This document shows, piece after piece, positions 57,201 through 62,180 of a stretch of DNA of 64,000 nucleotides. The notes under the pieces were generated by a model. The model did not search any database. It saw only the letters and a list, made by a program, of their open reading frames with translations, and was not told the origin of the DNA. Made by a program: the position numbers and the translations under genes. The DNA comes from a virus, in the IMG/VR virus record IMGVR_UViG_3300017957_001843, positions 1 through 64,000 of that record. One strand, given 5' to 3'. Positions within the stretch are counted from its first letter, which is position 1. Each line of letters opens with the position of its first letter.

Positions 57201-58096
57201 TATGCTGTTGCTACTTCTTCTCCGTCTTCGCCTAATTTTCTTATACCATCAGGATAAAGAGTGCTTACATTTTCTCCTTCTTCGAATTCAATGCTACCAC
57301 TATCAGGTAAAACAATAAACTCACCTGTATCGTAACTTAAATTATTTGCATCATACAAACTGCCATCAAACAAGCCGTTGTCTCTAAGTCCTTCAGTGCC
57401 TGCGGTTATAACAGCAGTTCCGGGAGTAAATGATCTACTAATAGCAATAGCCATAGGATGTCCTGGCGCATCTATTTCAAATCTATAAGTTTGACCTCTA
57501 TAAAGTTTTATAGAGGGGTTACTTACAAAACCGTCATTAAATATATACGTTGTATTATCGCCTTGATCTGACGTTGTTACAGTGTATGTGCTTGTAACTT
57601 CTTGACTTTGTCCTCGTACTGGCACAGATAAAGGACCAGTAGGTGCCCAATAGTATTCTCTAAAATTAACAAACTTATCCCAATCAATATGCGGGTTCCA
57701 ACTATAATATTCTGAACTGTTTAATCTACTGTGGTTTTTTGTATTAGCACCAAAATAATTTAATGTGCCAATATAGTCATTATAATCTTTATAAAAAGTA
57801 ACATTATTAGACTCGTCTTTTATTACAGTTGCAGGTTCGAGCTGATATGCTTCTCTAGAATCGTTTACATCATTCAAATAATTATCAGAGGGGTTAAATG
57901 ACTTTGCAGTTTTACGTCCTACATAATCATTTAATTTTTCAGCAACGCCGGGCTGTATAAGTTGATCTATTGTTCCTTGTAAGAATTTTTTATTTGTAAC
58001 ACTGCGGAAAAATTTAGGAATAAAATCACTAGCAGTACGGTTTTGTTCTCCGTCAGCTGGCAATGCACTTTCATTCTGTTCGTCGTTGTAAGACAT
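42284..58096 (-). CDS. Giant (5270 aa) baseplate wedge/virion structural protein with CBM5/12-like and FG-GAP-like repeats
   Basis: Directly follows the gp6-like gene; repeats of type W/F..x..Y..GD.V.Y...(Y/W); FGQSIDVS...LAIGAP propeller blades; 'V.VTNPG.GY...P.V.I' repeats. Confidence 0.75.
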   Translation of the reverse strand: MSYNDEQNESALPADGEQNRTASDFIPKFFRSVTNKKFLQGTIDQLIQPGVAEKLNDYVGRKTAKSFNPSDNYLNDVNDSREAYQLEPATVIKDESNNVTFYKDYNDYIGTLNYFGANTKNHSRLNSSEYYSWNPHIDWDKFVNFREYYWAPTGPLSVPVRGQSQEVTSTYTVTTSDQGDNTTYIFNDGFVSNPSIKLYRGQTYRFEIDAPGHPMAIAISRSFTPGTAVITAGTEGLRDNGLFDGSLYDANNLSYDTGEFIVLPDSGSIEFEEGENVSTLYPDGIRKLGEDGEEVATAYIERGTIEFTIPFSAPDRLYYVSKNDQDTSGVIRIYDIEENTFLDVGNEVLGKKQYTSANGVELSNGMKIKFQGNITPKKYEEDLWYVEGVGDKIVLINEKDLLIPAVYNQDVLVPYDSDAFDVLPFSNASSYAQDKDYIIINRAAKDKNSWSRYNKWFHKDVIEKSYTYNNLPINIDENFRAKRPIIEFNAGLKLYDYGVEAKQDVDLIDTFTRDVFSTIEGTIGYNVDGIELAEGMRVLFAADTDLIVRGKIYEVKFITINNRRQISLVETEDTTPLSLENVLVKQGNKNSGQIYHYHNNEWALAQVKNKINQSPMFDLCCPQGNPYGDLDVFNSSTFKGTKIFSYKQGQGTEDDELGFPLTYRSLENSGDIVFEFNLQNDSFTIQENEQIVTVNTDIAFLRKYKTRTEFDYVNGWSSQPIQSKQWVIDQRIVDISQVNDFAVRVYNNAGDLNDLRLIVYVNNKLQYKNVDYTINRINQRALIRFTSNLSVNDVLLVKSDSKSQKNNNGYYEVPINLDRNPLNEDISEFTLGEVIDHVDSMVGEINDFKGVFPGRGNIRDLGNINKYGKRFVKHAAPINLPLYHITNKKYNLIKAIKYANTEYNRFKRVFLDTATTLGFDGETKQHVDKILAAINKDKVKSQPFYFSDMLGYGPYNKIDYRVLDSRITQYALTNSFGLEELSSKSVYIYLNGKQLTFEKDYTFDNQGYVIISAGQIENDLIEIYEYETTDGSYISPTPSKLGLYPKYYPELTLDDTYQTESSVDGKEYKIYGEVSEGFKNAGIRGWFYPVFTTQQAAIDKDVENGGTGSFHIHQIKGHNRNLYMPDTGGFHGVNDNIEIDAYPVGIPMIRGHDGSYVRAYLDFRDELLLELEKRIFNNIKVDYDKTGIDIDAFEGNDKGDNEFDRSEVNGSLLQFFKKWLTFVDADYTDNFFYDRTNPFTYNYSSALDPNGKLLPGFWRGVYKRAFGTDRPHSHPWEILGIKRKPKWWDTVYGPAPYTSDNLILWRDIEVGKIAEPGNVRYTEKYAKPNITSHIPVDTKGFVKAPQRSGYVNQFVQRQSTNNFSFGDESPVETAWRRSSDYPFAIITSLILNKPSDTLGKGFDVSRTITNLAGQQVYKETGKNLTTNKIIFPNTFADNLRISTSGLVNYIYNLVASDILTVYNDYQQEVLSITNQLGFKLGSFSDKTKLNLILDSRSPQQQLEDGGIYIPPENYEIFFNTSSPQFVASYSGVVVEKRASGFTIRGYNNENPFFNYYAPIIGSKAVPVSVGGVSEATTDWEAEKLYVKDTIVEYVNNFYRVTKTHTTGESFTTTNLVKLPEVPTVGGKTALFKRNFDKNETLSIPYGQTLKNSQEVVDFLLGYGEYLKEIGFDFNFVEGEGIVNDWDQICKEFLFWTTQGWASGTVITLSPAANRFNFQKDYLVVDNINDDFYPYSILQANGEPLSREFTSLLRDKNSFGIQTNNETEGLYSAVLPLVHKEHVVLIDNNTVFNDIIFQPSTGYRQERIKVTGYRAADWNGSLNIPGFVFDDAKVTDWTTWKDYDIGTLVKYKQFYYVATKNVPGSSTFNSNDWYRLSEKPESELITNFDYRINQFTDFYSLDTQGFDINLQQMAKQLTGFQKRQYLANIIPDDVSQYKFYQGYIQDKGTQNALDKLFKSLGTAGENTLEFYEEWALQVGRYGNVDNKKQIEINFKEDKIQESPQAIELVQSLPDTNFDRHYRILPFQMYDTPLEYNHKPFPTKILTEEIIKSGGFVNEEDVTFVAGTESELPDGDVNQLAIGDYIWVVETGNNPWAVYQHIEADVYGQELTETLTANDDGDPIWELKVDRWAGGNVKEGDFIGVKGADEFNLTGFYKVESIKLDKIRFSTISGNQPETFTGKNYIVTKLRNVRTENVETANLLAQSKIYDKQKFWIEDYENGDWKVIENNPAYKLHQSIINISDYDDEDQGFSDSMAVTGDNKNFFVSSGKDKNGKVDYYRRGSDSNLLQVDQSIFPPDRIRPWLPNTLYRRNTIVVYDIDSTRTYWKSVQSHTSGNVFSDAEIAEYWVQEDNPFAYFDPIYSNFGQSIDVSIDGEYLAIGAPNASYVKTRYKGDFDPDTSYVKGDIVRYRESLWRANRNILPRIEDQPFSTFDSYIDITEEADADSTSLTLLVAGDPGLPNNIVDHFLVRAPADMYNGTDVGDGVSLAWNIRSFTYPTLDNYYPFNNQITEITPEFLRQEHIINEKVDHIFYIDAFVTLPTIGDRVVTDTGAGEVYYTAKNEDSAVIYIINANGTFSVTGELYTSNDDFVGFYTEENTYATTDAVGGYWLFKTYRTSEAPTSGYTTTTFAGEEFTYRNNSTYYDVGRGLVYVDVRLASEIVEQHPINLYSNIQDAIGTIGPYINRKNQASFISHLAYTGDNGGTELARPSTKLVIRAAKEYSDELYARFLQDPNQTFGMKFFDNPDYDITTSGISINDLTKNQLVEDIWDGFIDFEFTEFDFQGDVFEPEIGDILVDVQTPRDGFGGLALTSNTTSAAEVVFYQRNFNRVRVYVKVRTDLQPGNFEQQTNIGRYQIKRLSNPSLRGAGDPDQVIGTVDSVDDDIAIGNSIIGKLLLIDAGRNFPVSKNWNDVIPIIDQEYFFFNEDTLSGIDRLQNAPYSLNKDYTQVFNIPADRFGTGGYENQGVVSIYRRDNTGLYQFQIAIASEYAGKDKRFGSKVKISKNNELYTLFISNEPSGDSRNDPYEWRTNPGAIEIYNQGVDTTVNLTGGYKLDAAYTKGDVVIFKDDYFRANKDIASSAEEDIRNPVLWNNISWRRGKDEQYRGQFNDLYSYAENNIVLQDGTFWKALTNISAGADAPSLTNTSWESQIDSIDYLGYLPNLTGFATLFEQVYDPIENIEQFADAFDVSENGETLIVKTKQMLSDSTFESAIAVYNLEQKKYNLKQIIKAPSSSYVLKDHDNDSETPDVYVDQNLWANSISLKPDGSSIAVSVPYDDANKIDQGAVWIYSYDYNANKFGIEDNGVTAPTFTLQSPNNEEVERFGYSLDYSNENLAISSLNGDMVIPTRFDTYVNRLNEINYILDTDSEERDATTFDKNFTTFANRKVDKGTVYIFEDIGNGLIYSEQLLYPNQRENFGDNILSQGNHIYVGLPYAQNVIGNERGFVIDYRKVKNTKSWTSLRSSRLPVDLDKIDGMFVYNKRSNEIISYIDYIDPIQGKIAGIVDQELTYKLNYDPAKYNVGPIADKDVDPKLFWGASYVGQVWWNVSTARFSFPYQGSTTFQRNEWNRLLPGATIDIYEWVESDYLPSQWNQLADTDNGLSLGISGTAIYGDTKYSAKLEYDQVSQTFSTKYYFWVENKQTVPNLPNRKLNLRNMVQLIARPRQSGYRYVSLIAENKLVINNLDKIITSDDIVLNIKYKEEVGKEQNEHTQYQIISENLSSSKPNKDIELKWFDSLIGVDSTLRPVPDPKISPAKRIGIQNKPRQSIFVNRIEALKQTVERINFVCSQSPIVDEKNINNLLQKENAPSTFTGRYDLAIDTFDELEFVSTNRVTPAKLTPIVVNGKILRVEITDPGRGYKIEPSYQIEGDGSGAVFEISINNLGQITNVDVVSQGVGYNDNVAIKLRKFSVLVNADSTAFNKWTIYEYNEVQKNWLRTAIQSYDVSLYWNYVDYYAEGYNQFTDIDYAVQNSYQLAALDDTIGDVVKIENVGSGGWILLEKISNENTEDYTINYKTIGRQNGTIELASSLYDFANNDIGYDNKSFDSAFYDTNPVRELRIILETIRDDIFIGDIEIEYNQLFFASLRYILSEQTNVDWFFKTSFISATHKLGMLEMTPTFKYSNLEDYEEYVKEVKPYSTNIRKFVDSYDHVEPTGSVLTDFDLSPYYDTTSGNIRSSNTTLVTNNLVGDETNTLVYPRKHWRDNFGYQIKDIEIADSGSEYTFTPVVKISGGGGAGATAKAVLGYGKITKIIVTNPGNGYTSLPTVTIEGSKDENGTDAKAVAVLGNGVVRSPHIVVKFDRLLGDYFFQTIQKSETFEGTNNKTVFDLPFPIELDNSKVKVFVNEIEQLRSKYTYENIIDNSKSYTRSRGKIIFTTPPALGDTITVQYQIPLSMLGAEDRIQFAYNPLSDMYGKDLAQLMTGVDYGGVEVRSYAFVGISGWDRKGWYTDLWDEFDDQFEDEVFTADQSTIAVQLTKPLENGVEYNVYRRSYSSQEPNPNPFVRLDDPNFGTTLPVTNTNAIIQSITGDGTTDIINLQDLGVVLLDGDTLIVRKTTSDGSILPDTNSYDTQLSGGDLAYTTATGINAEDIITDGDGFISEAAQAGPEELVPGQVFDTLDIKVYTRDGSGQGKIFLQNYRIVESQNVYNLGVAPGTVDSVFVKIDNTILTQGEDYDIDWNNNVVVIRSVVTDIEIWQEGAALNIVTMSQAGQSILDYNSYFGDGVNRHFATNVRLQEDISVYASIDGVKQEVTFGEDSSNSNLVVDFDTAPPEDSLVYIAIFAGNSIVNYSQLKKDTFLGDGTETNFELSSAPFYSKPTQYNLIVKVDNNILSPGYNIQYTIPENRQREFALEVFQQPSGSLLTTDIVVFLNGSLITVEELQWRFDIANSSVVLADDVGNPGDSLEIYVITDGEYTLTSPTTVTLTNPPADESEIEIYQFSNHDILEIERMNYDVVSRTTLNVDSNDYITYNRLTVGEIELRKPAIDSKYVWVIKNGTLLSAEVDYTLNEVKDKVILKEIPQPDDVLDIMHFTAEASESKFAYRQFKDILNRTHFKRLDAAATTLAAPLNQYDLRIELVSGENLSEPNKSQNLPGIIFIDGERIEYFVKENNILRQLRRGTLGTGIKDVYNIGTKVYDQNISKTVPYRDTSIVQNFTSDGLSRVYQITDPTAFIDEIEVFVGGKRMDKQEQKRYLPIFEQDSPEGDVTIDPDVKFDPISQSIVLREIPIEGTVISIVKKQGKLWTQNNETLGESDNSISRFLRAGTSELPE

Positions 58097-61000
58097 TAGT
58101 AACTAGATCCTCCGCTGTTAGATGAGCTTGTGTAAGTTGTACTACTGGTCGAAGTTGTACTACTGGTCGAAGTTGTACTACTGGTCGAAGTTGTACTACT
58201 AGTTGAGCTTGTTGCATTTGCACTTGCAATTCCACTTGTTGTAGAAGTAGAAACACTTGTGACTACACTTCCGCTTGCTTGTAATTCTGTAGCTGTAATC
58301 TCATCTATGATTTGTATATCAGAAACTTGCGCTGCACTAATAAAAATTTCATCAAATTCTGATTTTATTTCAAATAGTGATCCAAAACTTTGAGTTTCTT
58401 TTTTTGGAACAATTAAAATACTTTGTAACTTAGGACTTAACGTGTTCATTATGTATGCACTTAGTTCTTGGAAATAGAAAGTTTCTCCAAAGTCCCAATT
58501 TTCTAATTCAAAAAATTTGTCTACAGCAGAGATAATATCTGCTTTTAATTCGTTTTCATTTATGACTAAATTTTTGTTACGCACAATTTTAAAATTAACC
58601 TGCAAATCTTCTTTTGCCTTGCTACCAAACAATATTTTATACTTAACAGGATGATATACTATTTCATCACTTATTGACTTAATTGCATTTATAGAAGATC
58701 CGTAAGATCTTGTCAACACATCATTACTTGTAGGTAAAGGCATTACATCGATTGCACCTTTTATAAATTTACGCATTTCTACATCATAATTTTTTGTAAG
58801 TAGATATGTATCTATTATATTGCTTGCGCTCGGATCGATTCTATAATTATCGTCTGCAACGTGGATGTAATGGAATTTTAAATTGGATCTTCCAGTAAAC
58901 GCTTTATAATCAGTAGAAAGAGTCAAATTTCCTGCGGCTTTATTTAATTTTTTAAATACTTGTTCTTCTACCAAATAAAATACTTGACCTTCTACGTGTG
59001 TAGAGTACGAACCGATTGCATTTTCATTTGTTACAATTTTTACTTCTTGGGTTCCGGCTGTAGTTATTTCATTCGCAAAAAATTTAAAATCTTCTACACC
59101 ATCACTTGTTGTATATTTTTTTTGAAATACCAATTTATTTGCAATATCAATTAAATTGTTATTCTCATCAACTAAATCATTGAAAATATCTAAATTATCT
59201 ACTGCTCCGTCATCATCTAAATCAAAAAACTGCACTTGTATTTTTCTAGTGTCAACATAGCCTTCGGCATCTCTGTAGGCATCACTAATGCTCCATACAT
59301 AATCTTTTGAATATGGTTCGCCACTTGCAGCTTGTCTGTTTATACTTAAAATTTTAATTTGGTCTCTAATAATTTTTCCTGTTTTAGGATCGTAAATTTT
59401 ATCTGCTGCATCAAAGAAAAATCTAATTTCGTTTGCACTTTCAAAAATATATCTTTGATTTCTGTTAGTGATAGTATACTTTTCTCCGTCATTTGTGAAA
59501 TTTAGTAGCCAACTTGAATCTAAATTAGCAGCCGTAGTATCTCCCGATTTACCTAAAGCAAAATCATTTACCGAATTAACATTTTCTGCCAATACAAGTT
59601 TCCACTCTCTAGTAGTTGTATCATATCTTAAAGCAAAATCTTTATAAGAAAACGTTTGATCTATTATTTGTATTTTTAAATCATCACTTAAAACTTTAGA
59701 AAATTTTGCTACAATTGAAACTAATTGGCTGTTATCATTAACTACGTCTGTAAGACTAATATCTCCTATAGTATTCACCACGCTATCGCCTTCATTATTA
59801 ACAACAGAAACTTTTGTCCATTTATATAACGAAGCACCAAATTGTTCAGCATTTGTTGTTAATGTGCCATTTGGTAAAAAGTATTGTTGTGTTTGTCCTT
59901 GCATAGGTGCTTTGAATTTCAACATAGACCCTGTTTCTAAAAATCTAAGATTATTACTTGTAAAGGAAGATACTTTAAATCTATTTGTTGTATCATTTTG
60001 TGATACTAAATTGCCTGTGTTTTCATTTATTGCTTGATACTCGTTTTTCCAAATTGCAGACAAATCAATAGTATCGATTTGAGGAAATTCACTATAATAA
60101 AAATTACGCAAATTTGTAGATTGTATAATACCTTCTATTGTATTATATATTACACCTTCAATATCAGTTTGTGTATTAAACGTAAACGTGGAAGTTGAAT
60201 CATAATATTCTTTGTAAATAACACCATCATCAGCAAATAGGCTTGTGTTAGAATATTTGCCACTTGCATCTATTAAATCAAAATATCTGCTTATACCACT
60301 AGATATCCTGTTCACACTTTTTGTTTTAATAATATCTTGGCTTATTGCTAAAGGCCCTATATTATAATCTTCAGCTGTAATTAATCTGTTTTGCGTATAA
60401 TAAGTTGCAGGAGCATTTTGTTTTATACTTGTATTAGTTTCTGTCGTTGTACTGTTAGAAACAGTATAATTTAGTCTTAGGCCAATTGTTAATTTTTCTA
60501 AATTTCCGGCTCGCCCTTGATAAGGTATTTCAATGTTGACATTACCTATACCATTGGGTGTAACAACCATATTTTTATTTGCACTTGTTCTATAAAAAAC
60601 TTTAAAATTGCCTGCAGGTAAATTTCCAAATACACCGTCACTAAAAACTAAATTTATTCTATCACCTACTCTAGTTGTAACAGCAAATACGTTTCTAATA
60701 CCTTCAAACAAACTATTGTAAATTACATTATTACCTTCAACATTATCTAATCTTGTCCAAGGAGTTGTTTCAAACCCATTTGAATCTGTATTGTACAACC
60801 AAATGTCATCGTTATTAATATTTTCGGCATCAATTGCAATTATCTGATTAGGTGTAGGATTTGTTACATTGAATGTACCTGTATCAAGATTTCCTTGCCT
60901 AAAGTGCATAAAAAATCCAGTGTTTATACTACCTGCTCCTTGACCGTCATCTCTAAACAAAAATGCAGGACTGGTTCCAGGTACAGGAGGTTCTTCTACA

Positions 61001-61671
61001 ATAACATCACCTTGTATATCTGTACTAACAACTTCAAATCTTGTTGAAACGCCTTCTATGTTTTTAGAAAAAGGAAAGATTGCACTGTCTGTATTAGTTG
61101 CATTTATTCTATATTTTTGCGTTTGCACACCGTCAATATTTTGAGCCTTCAAGGGGTTGCCAATTGCATTGTTAGCAGGTAATGCAGCATTTAAGATTTT
61201 TATAAATTGTTCAAAATAGTTTTCATTAGTCTGATCGTTCCATTTTATTACTCTGCCTGACAGTTGTGAACCTGCACTATCAGTTAAATTTTCACTAGTT
61301 TTAACTGTAGTAATTTTCAATAAACCCCTGGCTGGTTGATTTCTTCTAGGATTGTAAGAAAGCATACGTGCTAATCTTAGTATACTTTCACGTCTTTCTG
61401 CAGTTTCAAGGAAATTTTCTCTAGCATTTAGGTCTACACGGAATGATAAGTTTTGCCCAAGGAAAGCAATCATATCAATTAGTGCAAGATATTCACTTGA
61501 CTCAATATAATCATTAAAATCTTCTGGATAGTTTTGACGCAGATAGTTAATCATTGTCCTGCGTAGGTTATCGAAATCATAGCTTTGGAAATCTGCATTC
61601 CTAAAACTTTGGTATATTTTTTTCCAGTCTTCAGCTACAAGTAACCTAGACTGTCTTTCGCTTGAAGACAT
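58096..61671 (-). CDS. Baseplate wedge subunit, T4 gp6-like
   Basis: YDFDNLRRTMINYLRQ...FNDYIESS...ENFLETAERRESILRLARMLSYNP, FSDGVFG, QNRLITAEDY; follows the gp25-like gene. Confidence 0.85.
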   Translation of the reverse strand: MSSSERQSRLLVAEDWKKIYQSFRNADFQSYDFDNLRRTMINYLRQNYPEDFNDYIESSEYLALIDMIAFLGQNLSFRVDLNARENFLETAERRESILRLARMLSYNPRRNQPARGLLKITTVKTSENLTDSAGSQLSGRVIKWNDQTNENYFEQFIKILNAALPANNAIGNPLKAQNIDGVQTQKYRINATNTDSAIFPFSKNIEGVSTRFEVVSTDIQGDVIVEEPPVPGTSPAFLFRDDGQGAGSINTGFFMHFRQGNLDTGTFNVTNPTPNQIIAIDAENINNDDIWLYNTDSNGFETTPWTRLDNVEGNNVIYNSLFEGIRNVFAVTTRVGDRINLVFSDGVFGNLPAGNFKVFYRTSANKNMVVTPNGIGNVNIEIPYQGRAGNLEKLTIGLRLNYTVSNSTTTETNTSIKQNAPATYYTQNRLITAEDYNIGPLAISQDIIKTKSVNRISSGISRYFDLIDASGKYSNTSLFADDGVIYKEYYDSTSTFTFNTQTDIEGVIYNTIEGIIQSTNLRNFYYSEFPQIDTIDLSAIWKNEYQAINENTGNLVSQNDTTNRFKVSSFTSNNLRFLETGSMLKFKAPMQGQTQQYFLPNGTLTTNAEQFGASLYKWTKVSVVNNEGDSVVNTIGDISLTDVVNDNSQLVSIVAKFSKVLSDDLKIQIIDQTFSYKDFALRYDTTTREWKLVLAENVNSVNDFALGKSGDTTAANLDSSWLLNFTNDGEKYTITNRNQRYIFESANEIRFFFDAADKIYDPKTGKIIRDQIKILSINRQAASGEPYSKDYVWSISDAYRDAEGYVDTRKIQVQFFDLDDDGAVDNLDIFNDLVDENNNLIDIANKLVFQKKYTTSDGVEDFKFFANEITTAGTQEVKIVTNENAIGSYSTHVEGQVFYLVEEQVFKKLNKAAGNLTLSTDYKAFTGRSNLKFHYIHVADDNYRIDPSASNIIDTYLLTKNYDVEMRKFIKGAIDVMPLPTSNDVLTRSYGSSINAIKSISDEIVYHPVKYKILFGSKAKEDLQVNFKIVRNKNLVINENELKADIISAVDKFFELENWDFGETFYFQELSAYIMNTLSPKLQSILIVPKKETQSFGSLFEIKSEFDEIFISAAQVSDIQIIDEITATELQASGSVVTSVSTSTTSGIASANATSSTSSTTSTSSTTSTSSTTSTSSTTYTSSSNSGGSSY
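58134..58200 (-). repeat. Perfect 18-bp tandem repeat (AAGTTGTACTACTGGTCG, about 3.7 copies) encoding a Ser/Thr-only tail
   Basis: Units at 58134, 58152 and 58170, partial unit at 58188; translates as (STTSTS)n. Confidence 0.9.
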
Positions 61672-61695
61672 AGCTTTTTCCTTGTTTATTAAAAA

Positions 61696-61703
61696 TATTT
61701 ATC
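61696..61703 (-). promoter_or_regulatory. Late-type promoter motif GATAAATA
   Basis: Lies upstream of the AAGGA RBS and the ATG of the gp6-like gene. Confidence 0.5.
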
Positions 61704-61730
61704 TGATCTAAAAAAGTGCGTATATAATTT

Positions 61731-62168
61731 TTACAGCAATCCGTTAGCTTGATCAAACTTAAATTTTAAGGATTCAGATATGTCATAGGGTATAAAAGTT
61801 ACTTCGCATTCAACGCTAATGCCTTGTTCGTAAGTATCAACTATAATTTGATTTGCTTGAAGTCTTTCATCATAATTTACAATATTTGTGACATTTTCTT
61901 GTATAGCTTCTTGTATTGCGGGAGTAAAAGGTTCATACAATAAATCCCAAATAATGCATCCAAATGTCGGATCGGATAATTTTTCACCTTGTCGTATATG
62001 AAAGTGATTGATTAGATCTTGTTTGATAAGCTCAAAATCGTATAGACTAAAACTTTTGTTGTCTGTAGCCAAAGTGCTAAAGCCCCTGTAAGCTCTGCCT
62101 TGTTTTGCAGTTCTATTAGGAGTTTTAACACTAACTCTTTTATATAGATTTTTTTCTAATTCGCTCAT
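61731..62168 (-). CDS. Baseplate wedge subunit, T4 gp25-like
   Basis: YRGFST, LIKQDLINHFHIRQGEKLSDPTFGCIIWDLLYEP, YDERL. Confidence 0.9.
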   Translation of the reverse strand: MSELEKNLYKRVSVKTPNRTAKQGRAYRGFSTLATDNKSFSLYDFELIKQDLINHFHIRQGEKLSDPTFGCIIWDLLYEPFTPAIQEAIQENVTNIVNYDERLQANQIIVDTYEQGISVECEVTFIPYDISESLKFKFDQANGLL

Positions 62169-62172
62169 ACTG

Positions 62173-62178
62173 TATTTA
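62173..62178 (-). promoter_or_regulatory. TAAATA motif 4 nt before the gp25-like ATG (probable leaderless transcript)
   Basis: TAGGTTAAATACAGTATG; the 12-nt gap after the upstream stop is mostly occupied by the motif. Confidence 0.5.
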
Positions 62179-62180
62179 AC

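Noticed and set aside
58071-58256. 61-aa ORF with VVQLRP repeats, and the 18-bp repeat as a possible CRISPR array or RiPP precursor
   Set aside because: The repeats are contiguous with no spacers. The ORF is an alternative frame of the Ser/Thr tail of the gp6-like gene.
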